From: a virus
Lineage: Duplodnaviria > Caudoviricetes
DNA: 64,000 nucleotides
IMG/VR virus record: IMGVR_UViG_3300023218_000003
Coordinates: 10,592-74,591 of that record
Strand: one strand, 5' to 3'
Position numbers and translations under genes: made by a program. Positions 47,201 to 55,462 of this stretch are shown piece after piece. Numbering within the stretch: position 1 is the first letter of the stretch; each line of letters opens with the position of its first letter. The notes under the pieces were generated by a model. The model was not told where the DNA came from. It saw nothing but the letters and a program-made list of their open reading frames with translations, and searched no databases.

Positions 47201-48137
47201 CGAAATCGGCGATTCGAACGCAAGCGTCACTGATTACATTCACAGCGACGTCACGATCACTGGACTTGTCGGAGGCACGTCGTCTGATCTTGATTCGATT
47301 GCGACGACTTCGAAGTCTGCTGGCTATCGTCAAGCGGTCGTCGGCACTGACGGTCGACTTTACACATACGAACTGCAAGCGTCGCCGACACTTCCGACGA
47401 CGACGATCACAAGCGTCAGCACGGGCAGCAACACTGTCGATGTCGGCACGACGACTGAACCGATTCCCGGTCAGCGTTTCTTGCTGTCGACGACGAACAC
47501 GCTTCCCGGTGGAACGAATGATTCGACGCTGTATTTCGTGAAGTCGTTCAACCCTGTCGGGAACGACATGTCGTTCAGCACTACGCGCGGCGGCAGTGCA
47601 GTGAACATCACTTCAAGCGGAACAGGAACACACACGATCACATGGGTCGACACGCCGTTCACTGTGCTTCCCGAAGACTACGACAGCGGCACGAACGACA
47701 AAGCGTGGGTGCTTGTTTCTCCCGTCTTCAACATGTCGTTCGAAGTCATCGGGCCGACGACTGATCATTCGACTGGATACTTCGTCATGCCGGGAACGTG
47801 CAATCATCTGAAGATCGACGACGTGCAGATGTATGTTCAGAGTCTGCCAAGCGGCAGCGGAAGCGGCACGCTGACATGGGACATGCGATCGAATTCAGAA
47901 GAAAACGTCGCGGGCAGCAATCACAGTCGACTGTTCAGTTCGACTGGCGCGCAGTCGTCGCTGATTCGTCGTGCAGTGCGCGACGATAGCGAATCGTTTC
48001 GTGCTTCGAACAGATTCATCCCGCGACAGAACGTGCTTGATCTGTATATTTCAAACACTGGTGCGGGCGTCAGCGGCACGACTGCTGGCAAAGGCGCGAT
48101 CATCACTGTCACTGGATGGGAATGCGATCTTGAATAA
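44292..48137 (+). CDS. large tail fibre/receptor-binding protein with internal repeats
   Basis: Starts after late promoter 44256; three ~110-aa DG(K/T)(Y/H)F repeats; two GGTSSDLDSIATTS modules. Confidence 0.75.
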   Translation: MSRRMIVYVDGTERRVVESPFTRSTGQIPDMFTGEKITLDVVPLREVEKGSATAYEIDDSYNSDTFKVGVGVVDVPPSSGSYKITYKTDTTIALDYDSTAQQIQDALNDASMTDLLADSPNGVSVTGNFETGYRITWDSTGAVDDFGSDEVNLLPESVVAFTTEREGDTGISEVVMLRLMKKQAGLTTSASSIPTGSMSVSQITAGSRKTREIFDITAVADTAPVAQREEARAVAVGGAFHVATLTTVADSSDSLDGKYFVLYDDEGSVAFWIDTDNSGTTIPSAAALLDRSVEITTIETDDSDGVVADKIATAINNDSKFSATHDGNVVMITYSTIGAHGAAAAGTSGFTAATSTTGASTDNYDGTYFYLTALNADGEEEVHAWYFSQDGTTDPPTAALALDSDLTEITYGTTDTAQEMASTIATSINSNALFSAVASGTEIHITHVNAGDVSDMNEGDSPLTNLSVTENGSDSSLDGKHFIAYETDGEGGEQSRAFWFNISGNASPSGTALTADRTTEITTISSGAKAHEVASAVASAVDALDTFSAVAKGTKINIESSEGYAFTDASAETSGFTVTKIQDGGTGSDASALVEVTFSEQAIGGVYTLSIDTGGGAQTTAGIPWDATPEQIVAELEELPNVAVDDVTVEGALGGDLRIGFRNNLSDTAITVTVDDDGIKWIEGKRFTLDLNTTSAFSLLYGLDELECILEVEATQGSTYTVKLVHAQVTLKNGLIDSTALSPSPQLSWYTQAEVDALIIHHEKTITSLTGGTSSDLDSIATTSLTPERAVFFYDNDNSEYVIYVLKSGTEAESSPDIIRPDDFASSTNEKYWERVDIQPTVITDHGELDGLTDDDHTQYLLVDGSRAGTGVQELLGLNFTDFAVKTVSSGTVTLTQTLTIIAAESGTTDDVATFSAAKGHGDLLVVQADSGDTITIKHGTGNISTTSGEDLTLSGSDLLMFVYDGTNWCEIGDSNASVTDYIHSDVTITGLVGGTSSDLDSIATTSKSAGYRQAVVGTDGRLYTYELQASPTLPTTTITSVSTGSNTVDVGTTTEPIPGQRFLLSTTNTLPGGTNDSTLYFVKSFNPVGNDMSFSTTRGGSAVNITSSGTGTHTITWVDTPFTVLPEDYDSGTNDKAWVLVSPVFNMSFEVIGPTTDHSTGYFVMPGTCNHLKIDDVQMYVQSLPSGSGSGTLTWDMRSNSEENVAGSNHSRLFSSTGAQSSLIRRAVRDDSESFRASNRFIPRQNVLDLYISNTGAGVSGTTAGKGAIITVTGWECDLE

Positions 48138-48145
48138 ATGAATCG

Positions 48146-49066
48146 ATGACGGACATTCTTCGCAATATGGGACGACGCGACGAAGCTGATACAGCAAAAG
48201 ACAGATTCGAAAGACCGAAGAAGACGCCGTTGACGGACTGGCTTCCGTATCGCGGCGTCAATCTTCACAAGTCGTGGCAGGGGCCAGACAAAGTGAAGCC
48301 GTGGCATCGACAAGTCACGATTGCGGTTCCGTTTCTCGACACTAGCGAAACACTCGACACGCTGATCGAATCGTGGCTTCTTCAGACGATCGACGCGAAC
48401 ATCGTCATCATCGACACGGGTTCGTCTTCGCGTCACATGGGTCTGCTTGACGAATACGAACGCACTGACCCGCGAATCGAAGTTCATCGTCTTCGATTCA
48501 AAGCAGTGAAGCATCCGTCTGATCCCGTCGCGATCGCGATGGACTTGGCATTCTCGCTGTGTTCGACCGACTATCTGTTCGCGACGCACGCTGACTGCTT
48601 TCCCGCACGACGCAATCTGATTGAAGACATGATTCAGATTCGTCACGACACGAATGCGCCTGTCGTCGGCTATCAGATCACAGATCGCGAGAACATCAAC
48701 ACGAAGGGATGGGTCGGACACACAGCGACGCTGTTCGACATGCAGCAAGCTGATCTTCTGAATCTTGCATGGTCACAGCGCAGATACTGTCATCTGACGG
48801 GAATGGATCACTTCGGCAACAACAGATGCAACGGCTACCCCGACACAGAATTCTTGATCAACGAACAGCTTGATCGCGCGAACGTGAAACGCGCAATCAT
48901 CGGCTACGAATCGAACTACGTCACAACAGACGACGACAACATTCTTCACGTGCGCAGCTACGGTTCTTCGAAGCTGTATTCAAAGCAGCACTTTCAACGT
49001 GCAAACGGTGACATGGCTGATGCGTTGCGCGTGACGCAGCAGAGAATCAAAGAATGGACATCATGA
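48146..49066 (+). CDS. glycosyltransferase family 2-like
   Basis: VTIAVPFLD, IVIIDTGSS, YLFATHADCF (DxD-position), YPDTE. Confidence 0.8.
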   Translation: MTDILRNMGRRDEADTAKDRFERPKKTPLTDWLPYRGVNLHKSWQGPDKVKPWHRQVTIAVPFLDTSETLDTLIESWLLQTIDANIVIIDTGSSSRHMGLLDEYERTDPRIEVHRLRFKAVKHPSDPVAIAMDLAFSLCSTDYLFATHADCFPARRNLIEDMIQIRHDTNAPVVGYQITDRENINTKGWVGHTATLFDMQQADLLNLAWSQRRYCHLTGMDHFGNNRCNGYPDTEFLINEQLDRANVKRAIIGYESNYVTTDDDNILHVRSYGSSKLYSKQHFQRANGDMADALRVTQQRIKEWTS

Positions 49067-49830
49067 AGCACGGAGAAGAAACAGCAGAAGAAATCGAAGC
49101 AGCATTCGTCGGCGTGAACAACGGCGTCGCAGCACTTAGCGAATGCAGACGCACACGACCGACACTGATCAGCGGCACTGGGCGCAGCGGCACGACAGCA
49201 CTTGCACGCTGCTTCTTGAATAGCGACGACGTCAAGTTCGTCACGCAAGATGAAACTGACGGCAGCAATCTTGAAGTCGCTGAACTGAACAAAGCACTTG
49301 CTGCGCATGACAAAGTCGCATGGGCTGAATTCATTCGAAAGTCTTCTGAAGAAGTCGCGCATGATTTCGTCTTCAAGAATCCGCGATTCGAAATCCATGC
49401 GTTGCGTGAAGATTCTGATGACTTCAGTGAAGTGCTTCGCGACTGCAACGTGATCGTGATGACGCGCGATCCGTTTCTTGTCGCGACTCGCGAATGGTCG
49501 ATTCACGCACGTCGAAACGCTGAAGAAAAGGGACGCACATTCGGCGATCACGTGCGCAAGTGCTGCGCTGTTCTTGGGCTTTCGATGAAAGGCGCAATCG
49601 AACTGTCGAAATCGATGGGCGTGCTTCTCGTTTCGTATGAAAAGCTGATCACGCAGCCGCAGCAAGTCGCTGACGAAATCAACGTGTGGTTCGGTCGCGA
49701 ACGTCTGACGAAGAAAGCGATCCCGAAGTCGATCATGCCGAACAACCCGTATTATCTGGAACGTCAGACGCTTGGCTGGATGCGTCAGATGAAAGACATG
49801 AAAGAACGTCGCGCGCGCGGCGAACGCTGA
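49054..49830 (+). CDS. sulfotransferase
   Basis: 5'-PSB ISGTGRSGTT, FKNP, 3'-PB MTRDPF, VSYEKL; possible C-terminal extension to 49975 in +1 frame. Confidence 0.82.
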   Translation: MDIMKHGEETAEEIEAAFVGVNNGVAALSECRRTRPTLISGTGRSGTTALARCFLNSDDVKFVTQDETDGSNLEVAELNKALAAHDKVAWAEFIRKSSEEVAHDFVFKNPRFEIHALREDSDDFSEVLRDCNVIVMTRDPFLVATREWSIHARRNAEEKGRTFGDHVRKCCAVLGLSMKGAIELSKSMGVLLVSYEKLITQPQQVADEINVWFGRERLTKKAIPKSIMPNNPYYLERQTLGWMRQMKDMKERRARGER

Positions 49831-49958
49831 CACGTTCGAACGTCTGTCGCCCGCGAATGTATCGCGTGACGTGCCCGACTTCCCTGACGGCTTCTGCGAA
49901 GCGCTGTTCGGCATGAATCGCGATCTGTATCGTCGCATGAACTACGACGCGAAAGTGA

Positions 49959-49986
49959 CTGGACAGATCGAATGATTCGTCGCAGA
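49959..49986 (+). promoter_or_regulatory. late promoter-like motif (lysis cassette)
   Basis: CTGGAC-N9-GATTCG-TCGCAGA. Confidence 0.55.
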
Positions 49987-49994
49987 ATGTCTGC

Positions 49995-50285
49995 ATGGCT
50001 GAACAAACTGATTCGACTTTCGTGATGTCTGACGACAGCACGCACACGTGGCGACCGAAGCGCAGCGGCTTCTATCTGATCGTCGTCGGATCGTCGGGCG
50101 GCGCATCCTTCAATTCGCAATCTGTCACAGTCGCACAGCACGGCGTCGCACTTAGCACGACGCTGACTTCGATCGGCAGCGCAGTTCGCGATCGTGTCTT
50201 TCTCCTTGGTGGGGCCGACGTCACATTCACGCCATCGGGCGCTGTGACGTCGGTCGAATGTCGAATTCACAACGCTGACGACTGA
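49995..50285 (+). CDS. small virion-type protein
   Basis: Follows late promoter 49959; beta-rich. Confidence 0.55.
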   Translation: MAEQTDSTFVMSDDSTHTWRPKRSGFYLIVVGSSGGASFNSQSVTVAQHGVALSTTLTSIGSAVRDRVFLLGGADVTFTPSGAVTSVECRIHNADD

Positions 50286-50650
50286 TGCTGAAGAACGGCA
50301 AGAACATCGCTGACGCACGCGGCGTCACGACGTCTGAATTCTGGCTGGTGATCGTCATGATCGTCGCGTCAGTCGTTGGCGAAGCGGGCGATCTTTTCGG
50401 CGACAGTCACGTCTTCGCGATCGCTGCTGTCGTCGCTGCGCTGATCTACAAGATCGGGCGCTTCGTTCTGAAATACAATCGCAGCAAGCACATCGATGAC
50501 GTCGACGCGCTGTCGCAAGAAATCGCCGACACTGTCGACGAACTTGAACTGACGCTTGAAGAACTTCGACTTCAGAAGCGAGAAGAAGACGAAGTGCGTC
50601 ACGACGAAAAACTGTCTGCTGGCCCGATCGAAATCCCTGACACGAAATGA
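50285..50650 (+). CDS. putative holin
   Basis: TTSEFWL then two TM segments, charged C-terminus; directly before endolysin. Confidence 0.65.
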   Translation: MLKNGKNIADARGVTTSEFWLVIVMIVASVVGEAGDLFGDSHVFAIAAVVAALIYKIGRFVLKYNRSKHIDDVDALSQEIADTVDELELTLEELRLQKREEDEVRHDEKLSAGPIEIPDTK

Positions 50651-51513
50651 GTCGATTCACCTACTACAAGAACGCGCAGCGATTCAAAGAACGAATCATG
50701 CGACTTCAGCGCGCAGTCGGCGTGACTGACGACGGCATCATCGGGCCGATCACTCTGACTGCATTCGAAGACAAGCTTCTGAAGATCGACGAACTGAAGT
50801 CTGACAAAGTCACGAACGACGACGTCGCGACTGAAGTCGAAGGTGAAATCGACGGCGTCGCGATCAGCAAAGATGCGCTTGATCTGATCGTGCAGTTCGA
50901 AACTGGCGGGAAATCCTACTACGACAGATTCATTCGTCGCCCGTCGTGGCCGGGATATTCTTCGGGCGTCACGATCGGCTTCGGTTACGATCTTGGCTAC
51001 AACACAAAGACGTCGATCGAACGTGACTGGAGTCATGAACTTTCACGCAGCGATGTCGATCGTTTGAAGAACGCTGCGGGCATTCGTGGCAGTTCTGCTT
51101 CTGCGCGTGCGTCTTCTCTGCGCGACATTCAGATTCCGTGGGAAACGGCGCAGCGCGTCTTCTTTGAATCGACGTTGCCGAAGTATGTCGCGCTGACGAT
51201 TGATCGCGCTTTCCCTGATGCCGAATTCTTGCACCCGCACGCGCTTGGCGCGCTTGTCAGTCTTGTCTTCAATCGCGGCACTTCGATGTCGGGAAGTCGA
51301 CGTCGTGAAATGCTGACGATTCGAAAACTGATCGAATCGCATGATGAAGGCGATCCGAATCTGTATCATGCGATCGCTGATCAGATTCTGTCGATGCGTC
51401 GACTGTGGGCGCGCAAAAACGGCAAGACTGATCTGTGGGGCCGACGCGCAGCAGAAGCAGAACTTGTGAAGAAGTCGCTGACCGACAGCAATCCCGACGT
51501 GTTTCGCGTCTGA
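50647..51513 (+). CDS. endolysin: PG-binding domain + pesticin/T4-lysozyme-like muramidase
   Basis: LQRAVGVTDDGIIGPIT; FE..SSGVTIGFGYDLG; ALVSLVFNRG. Confidence 0.85.
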   Translation: MSRFTYYKNAQRFKERIMRLQRAVGVTDDGIIGPITLTAFEDKLLKIDELKSDKVTNDDVATEVEGEIDGVAISKDALDLIVQFETGGKSYYDRFIRRPSWPGYSSGVTIGFGYDLGYNTKTSIERDWSHELSRSDVDRLKNAAGIRGSSASARASSLRDIQIPWETAQRVFFESTLPKYVALTIDRAFPDAEFLHPHALGALVSLVFNRGTSMSGSRRREMLTIRKLIESHDEGDPNLYHAIADQILSMRRLWARKNGKTDLWGRRAAEAELVKKSLTDSNPDVFRV

Positions 51514-51520
51514 TTTCGCG

Positions 51521-51586
51521 TTGAAAATTTTTTCAAAAATCGTTCGATTCGTGATTGATCAGAACAAGAATGTGCTGTTTTATGGT
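51521..51586 (+). promoter_or_regulatory. operator palindrome + early promoter module
   Basis: TTGAAAATTTTTTCAA; TTGATC-AGAA-CAAGAA-TGTGC-TGTTTTATGGT; near-copy of 10800 module. Confidence 0.75.
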
Positions 51587-51629
51587 GGTGAAGCGCAGCA
51601 TCTGCGCAGAACATCAAGAACATCACATC

Positions 51630-51794
51630 ATGAAAATCGAATTGAACAACATCGCTGCTGGCACGGGTCTGACGCTGACGTCTGTCCTTTCTGATAGACA
51701 GCACGACAAGAATCGACGACATTTCAAATCAAGCGCGCGTCGTCACACACGGCGCGCGCACGTCATCAACAACAGAAGAACAACGACATCATGA
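51630..51794 (+). CDS. small early ORF
   Basis: First ATG after promoter 51555 with ACATC leader. Confidence 0.35.
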   Translation: MKIELNNIAAGTGLTLTSVLSDRQHDKNRRHFKSSARRHTRRAHVINNRRTTTS

Positions 51795-53458
51795 ATGAAG
51801 AAAACAACCGCGCGAAGTTCATGCGCGAACTGGAAATTCTGCATTACGCAGGCATCGGAGTCATCTTGATTCGAACACGTGAAGAATCGCGCGCACTGAC
51901 TGCGATCGAAGATTTCGCGTTCGAACACGGGCTTCACTTTCGACACTGGAACACACGCGACGGCTGGACGTTCTACGACAACGAAGTCGCGAAGTCTGAC
52001 GGCAACATCGACCCTGTCGGCGCGCTGAACGCTGTGCTTGACGTCAGCACGCAAGCTGATCAGCGCAAGCCCATGCCCGAAGGCGTCTACGTGATGAACG
52101 ATGCGCATTACATTCTTGGCAAGAATCCGATGCTGATTCGCGGCATCAAAGAATATTCGAAAGTCTTTTCGAACAACGAATATCGTCTGATCATCACCGT
52201 GCCCGAAGGGTTCGAATGTCCCGAAATGCTGTCGACTGACGTGTCGATTCTTGACTTCGATCTACCGTCGCGCGCTGAACTTGCTGACACACTCGACAAA
52301 GCGATTCGCAGCAGCTTCGTCGACGACAACGGTCAGCCGATGGAATACGAAGAACCCTACGACAACGACGAACGCGATCGCATTCTGAACGCTGCGATCG
52401 GCATGACTGCGATCGAAGCTGAAAGCGCGATGGCGCGCAGCATCGTTCAGAACGAAGCGACGTGGCCCGACACGCCCGTCGACGACTTCGTTCGCGTCAT
52501 CATGACGACGAAGACTGAAGTCATCAAGCGCAGCAACGTGCTTGAACTTCACAGCACGCTGAACCCGTGGAAGCTTGGCGGATTCGATCTGCTGAAGCAG
52601 TGGGTGCTGAAGCGCAAGAAGACGTTCACGCCCGAAGCAGAAGAATTCGGTGCGCGTGCGCCGAAGGGCGTCGGTCTGTTCGGCGTTCCCGGCACGGGCA
52701 AGTCGCTTGCTGCAAAGATCATCGCGCATCTTCTCGGGATGCCGCTGATTCGATTCGACGTCAGTCGCGTCTTCAGCAGTCTTGTCGGCAGCACTGAAGC
52801 GCGCGTTCGCAGTGCGCTGAAGATGATCGAAGCGATGTCACCGTGCGTCGTGTGGGTCGACGAAGTCGACAAAGCAGGACTTGATCAGAACGGCAGCGGC
52901 GGCGACAGCGGCGTCAGCGATCGCGTTCTTCAGTCGCTGCTGACGCACATGGCTGAATCGCAGAAGCAGACGTTCTGGATCTTCACAGCGAATCGCGTTG
53001 CGAAGCTTCCGCCCGAAATGCTGCGCAAAGGTCGACTTGAACAGCTTTTCAACGTCGCGCCGCCGAACAGAACTGAACGTCGTGAAATCATCGACATTCA
53101 TCTGAAGCTTCGCAATCACAGCATCGACGACATCGACGACATCGAAGTCGTGATCGACGGCAGCGTCGGCTACGTCGGCGCAGAACTTGAAGCAGCAGTG
53201 AACAGCGCGATCACTGTTGCGTTCAGTGACGAAGTCGAAGTGACAGGTGAACTGATTCTTGAACAGCTTCGCGAGTCTGTCCCGATTCGTGAAGCATTCG
53301 CTGAAGACTTCGAACAAATGCGCGACTGGGCGCAGAAGAACGCAGCGCCCGTGTCGACGCCTGACGACAGTGAAGATGTCGGCGCGAAGACGATCGGCAA
53401 CAACAAAAGCGGCAAGCGACGCGTGCGTCGTTCGCGCGCTGTAACAATGGAAGGCTGA
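51791..53458 (+). CDS. Ycf46/SpoVK-like AAA+ ATPase
   Basis: Walker A GVPGTGKS, Walker B VWVDEVDK, TANR..LPPEMLRKGR, YVGAELE; degenerate N-terminal AAA domain. Confidence 0.88.
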   Translation: MNEENNRAKFMRELEILHYAGIGVILIRTREESRALTAIEDFAFEHGLHFRHWNTRDGWTFYDNEVAKSDGNIDPVGALNAVLDVSTQADQRKPMPEGVYVMNDAHYILGKNPMLIRGIKEYSKVFSNNEYRLIITVPEGFECPEMLSTDVSILDFDLPSRAELADTLDKAIRSSFVDDNGQPMEYEEPYDNDERDRILNAAIGMTAIEAESAMARSIVQNEATWPDTPVDDFVRVIMTTKTEVIKRSNVLELHSTLNPWKLGGFDLLKQWVLKRKKTFTPEAEEFGARAPKGVGLFGVPGTGKSLAAKIIAHLLGMPLIRFDVSRVFSSLVGSTEARVRSALKMIEAMSPCVVWVDEVDKAGLDQNGSGGDSGVSDRVLQSLLTHMAESQKQTFWIFTANRVAKLPPEMLRKGRLEQLFNVAPPNRTERREIIDIHLKLRNHSIDDIDDIEVVIDGSVGYVGAELEAAVNSAITVAFSDEVEVTGELILEQLRESVPIREAFAEDFEQMRDWAQKNAAPVSTPDDSEDVGAKTIGNNKSGKRRVRRSRAVTMEG

Positions 53459-53461
53459 ATC

Positions 53462-54097
53462 ATGATCAGATTGCAATACGGCACAGAGAACAACACGCAA
53501 AGCGAAGCGAAAGCACACTTCTTCGTCTGGAACGGAGTCGCTGAAAAGCAGATCGGTGTCGCTTCTCGCGATGACGAATATCCCGTGACGCTTCAGCCGG
53601 GGCAGTATTCGAAGAACCCTGCGTGCAAAGACATGACAGCAGAAGTCGGCGGCTACGTCGTCAGCGCTGCGTTCAACGTCACTGAAGGCACGATCATCAA
53701 ACTGCACGCGAACGTCAGATGCTATCAGGGAATCCCGCGCTGCGCGTCAGTGCTGCTTCGTGTTCGCGAAGAAGGTCCGCTGACTGAAGTGAAGCTGAAG
53801 ATGATCAACGCGCCGAATTCGAACTTCGCTGAACTGACAAGTCAGGGCCGTTTCGAACGCATCACGCTTGATGAAGCGAAAGCGTTCGGCTACAGATGCG
53901 CGCCCGCGTTTGAAAAATTTTTCAACGAAGACGCTGTCGACGACTGCTTCGATTTCAAAGTGATCGACGCAGGGAAGCCGAAGCCCGAACTGACGTTCGA
54001 AGAATACGAAGACACAGAGACGGGCGAAAAGATCATTCGCAAGAAGACTGTCGAACGTCGTCGAATCATTCTGCGCAGAAAGCCTTTGCGTCGCTGA
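53462..54097 (+). CDS. hypothetical protein
   Basis: ORF in AAA cluster. Confidence 0.65.
   Translation: MIRLQYGTENNTQSEAKAHFFVWNGVAEKQIGVASRDDEYPVTLQPGQYSKNPACKDMTAEVGGYVVSAAFNVTEGTIIKLHANVRCYQGIPRCASVLLRVREEGPLTEVKLKMINAPNSNFAELTSQGRFERITLDEAKAFGYRCAPAFEKFFNEDAVDDCFDFKVIDAGKPKPELTFEEYEDTETGEKIIRKKTVERRRIILRRKPLRR
53910..53925. promoter_or_regulatory. operator-like palindrome (intragenic)
   Basis: TTGAAAAATTTTTCAA. Confidence 0.65.
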
Positions 54098-54115
54098 CAA
54101 GAATCAGCGATCTTT
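54086..54115 (+). promoter_or_regulatory. early promoter-like motif
   Basis: TTGCGT-CGCTGA-CAAGAA-TCAGC-GATCTT. Confidence 0.55.
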
Positions 54116-54149
54116 CAAACTCACCATTAACCCATAGAACAACGACATC

Positions 54150-54707
54150 ATGTCACATACAGCAACAGTGAAAACAGCACAGTTCAAAGATGCGCAAGAC
54201 ATCGTGAACGCGTGCAACGAACTACAGAAAGACGGCGTGAACTGCTCCGTCGAATTCAACGCAGTCCCGCGAATGTGGATTGAAAATCAGATCGGTCGCG
54301 ATCTTGGCTACGACAAGCATCCGACTGATGAATGCGAAGTCGTCGTGCGTCTGCCCGATGCATACTACGACGTCGGCTTCATTCGAACTGACGAAGGCAA
54401 TCTGATGCCCGTGTTCGACGACTACAACGGACCCGCGACGATGCGTCACGACAACATGGGCAGCAAGCCCGTGCGCGATGTTCTCGGCGCGAAGTTCGCA
54501 GGCAAGATCGAACACTGGGACGGGCTTCGTGAAGAAACTGAAGACAACGAAGGCAGTCAGCAGCTTCGTCACAGCATCGGCAAGCTGATGCAGGGCATTC
54601 ACAAGTCGCAAGCGATTCGTCGCGCGCAAGCGATGGGTCACTACGTCATGGGAAGCACGACTGACGAAAACGGTCACATTCACGTGAAAGTCGGAATCCC
54701 TGACTGA
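54150..54707 (+). CDS. DUF1257-like protein
   Basis: MSHTATVKT.., DVGF..GNLMPVFDDY, KLMQ..QAIRRAQAMGH. Confidence 0.7.
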   Translation: MSHTATVKTAQFKDAQDIVNACNELQKDGVNCSVEFNAVPRMWIENQIGRDLGYDKHPTDECEVVVRLPDAYYDVGFIRTDEGNLMPVFDDYNGPATMRHDNMGSKPVRDVLGAKFAGKIEHWDGLREETEDNEGSQQLRHSIGKLMQGIHKSQAIRRAQAMGHYVMGSTTDENGHIHVKVGIPD

Positions 54708-54756
54708 TCGATCACGACACTGAACTGAAGAATCATTCAAGAAGAAGAACAACAAC

Positions 54757-54972
54757 ATGAAGACAATCACCATTCACATTTCGCCGATCGGCGACGTCGA
54801 CATCGAAGCTGACGGCTTCAACGGTGTCGGCTGCAAAGACGCGACGAAAGGCTACGAAGAAGAATTCGGCGGCGACACTGTGTCGACTCCGAAGCCCGAA
54901 CTGCACAACACGATCGAAGAAGACAGCGATCGTCACATTCAGTCAGGGGGCGGCATCACTTCAATCGACTGA
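54757..54972 (+). CDS. DUF2997-like protein
   Basis: ITIHISPIGDVDIEADGFNGVGCKDATK. Confidence 0.75.
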   Translation: MKTITIHISPIGDVDIEADGFNGVGCKDATKGYEEEFGGDTVSTPKPELHNTIEEDSDRHIQSGGGITSID

Positions 54973-55023
54973 TGCGACGCAGGCGACGCGTCAGAATCGA
55001 AACCAGAAGCAAGACATCACATC

Positions 55024-55410
55024 ATGAAAGAACAGATCATCAGCATCGCGCCAGACGGCACGATCTACGGACTCGACTTCAAGTCGAAGGGCGTTTCGCT
55101 GCGCGACTTCGGCGACGCACAGATCGAACGCGTCACGTCGATCGAATGGAACGCAGCACGACAGAAGTGGTTCATTCGCTGGACGCTTGAACGTCACGCA
55201 CACGTTCGCGGCGAAGACATGTGGACTGACAGCGTCTTCGAAGATGCGCAGATCGAACCGACAGACTTCGACGGCAACTTCGATCACGACGACTGCTGCG
55301 AAAATTATTCGAAGACTCCCGTCGTGTTCTTCGAAGATTACGAAGACGCGAATCGTGCCGAAGTCGCAGTGATTCAAGCGCTGCGTGTCAGCGGAAAACT
55401 TGCAGCATGA
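55024..55410 (+). CDS. hypothetical protein (AAA cluster associated)
   Basis: ISIAPDGTI..RVTSIEWN..W. Confidence 0.6.
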   Translation: MKEQIISIAPDGTIYGLDFKSKGVSLRDFGDAQIERVTSIEWNAARQKWFIRWTLERHAHVRGEDMWTDSVFEDAQIEPTDFDGNFDHDDCCENYSKTPVVFFEDYEDANRAEVAVIQALRVSGKLAA

Positions 55411-55462
55411 CTTTCGTGCTACGCACACAACAAGCAAGCCCGCCCCGTTCAAACGCGGCACG

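Noticed and set aside
40500-48137. Diversity-generating retroelement acting on tail proteins
   Set aside because: No reverse transcriptase and no near-identical TR/VR pair differing at adenines seen in the window.
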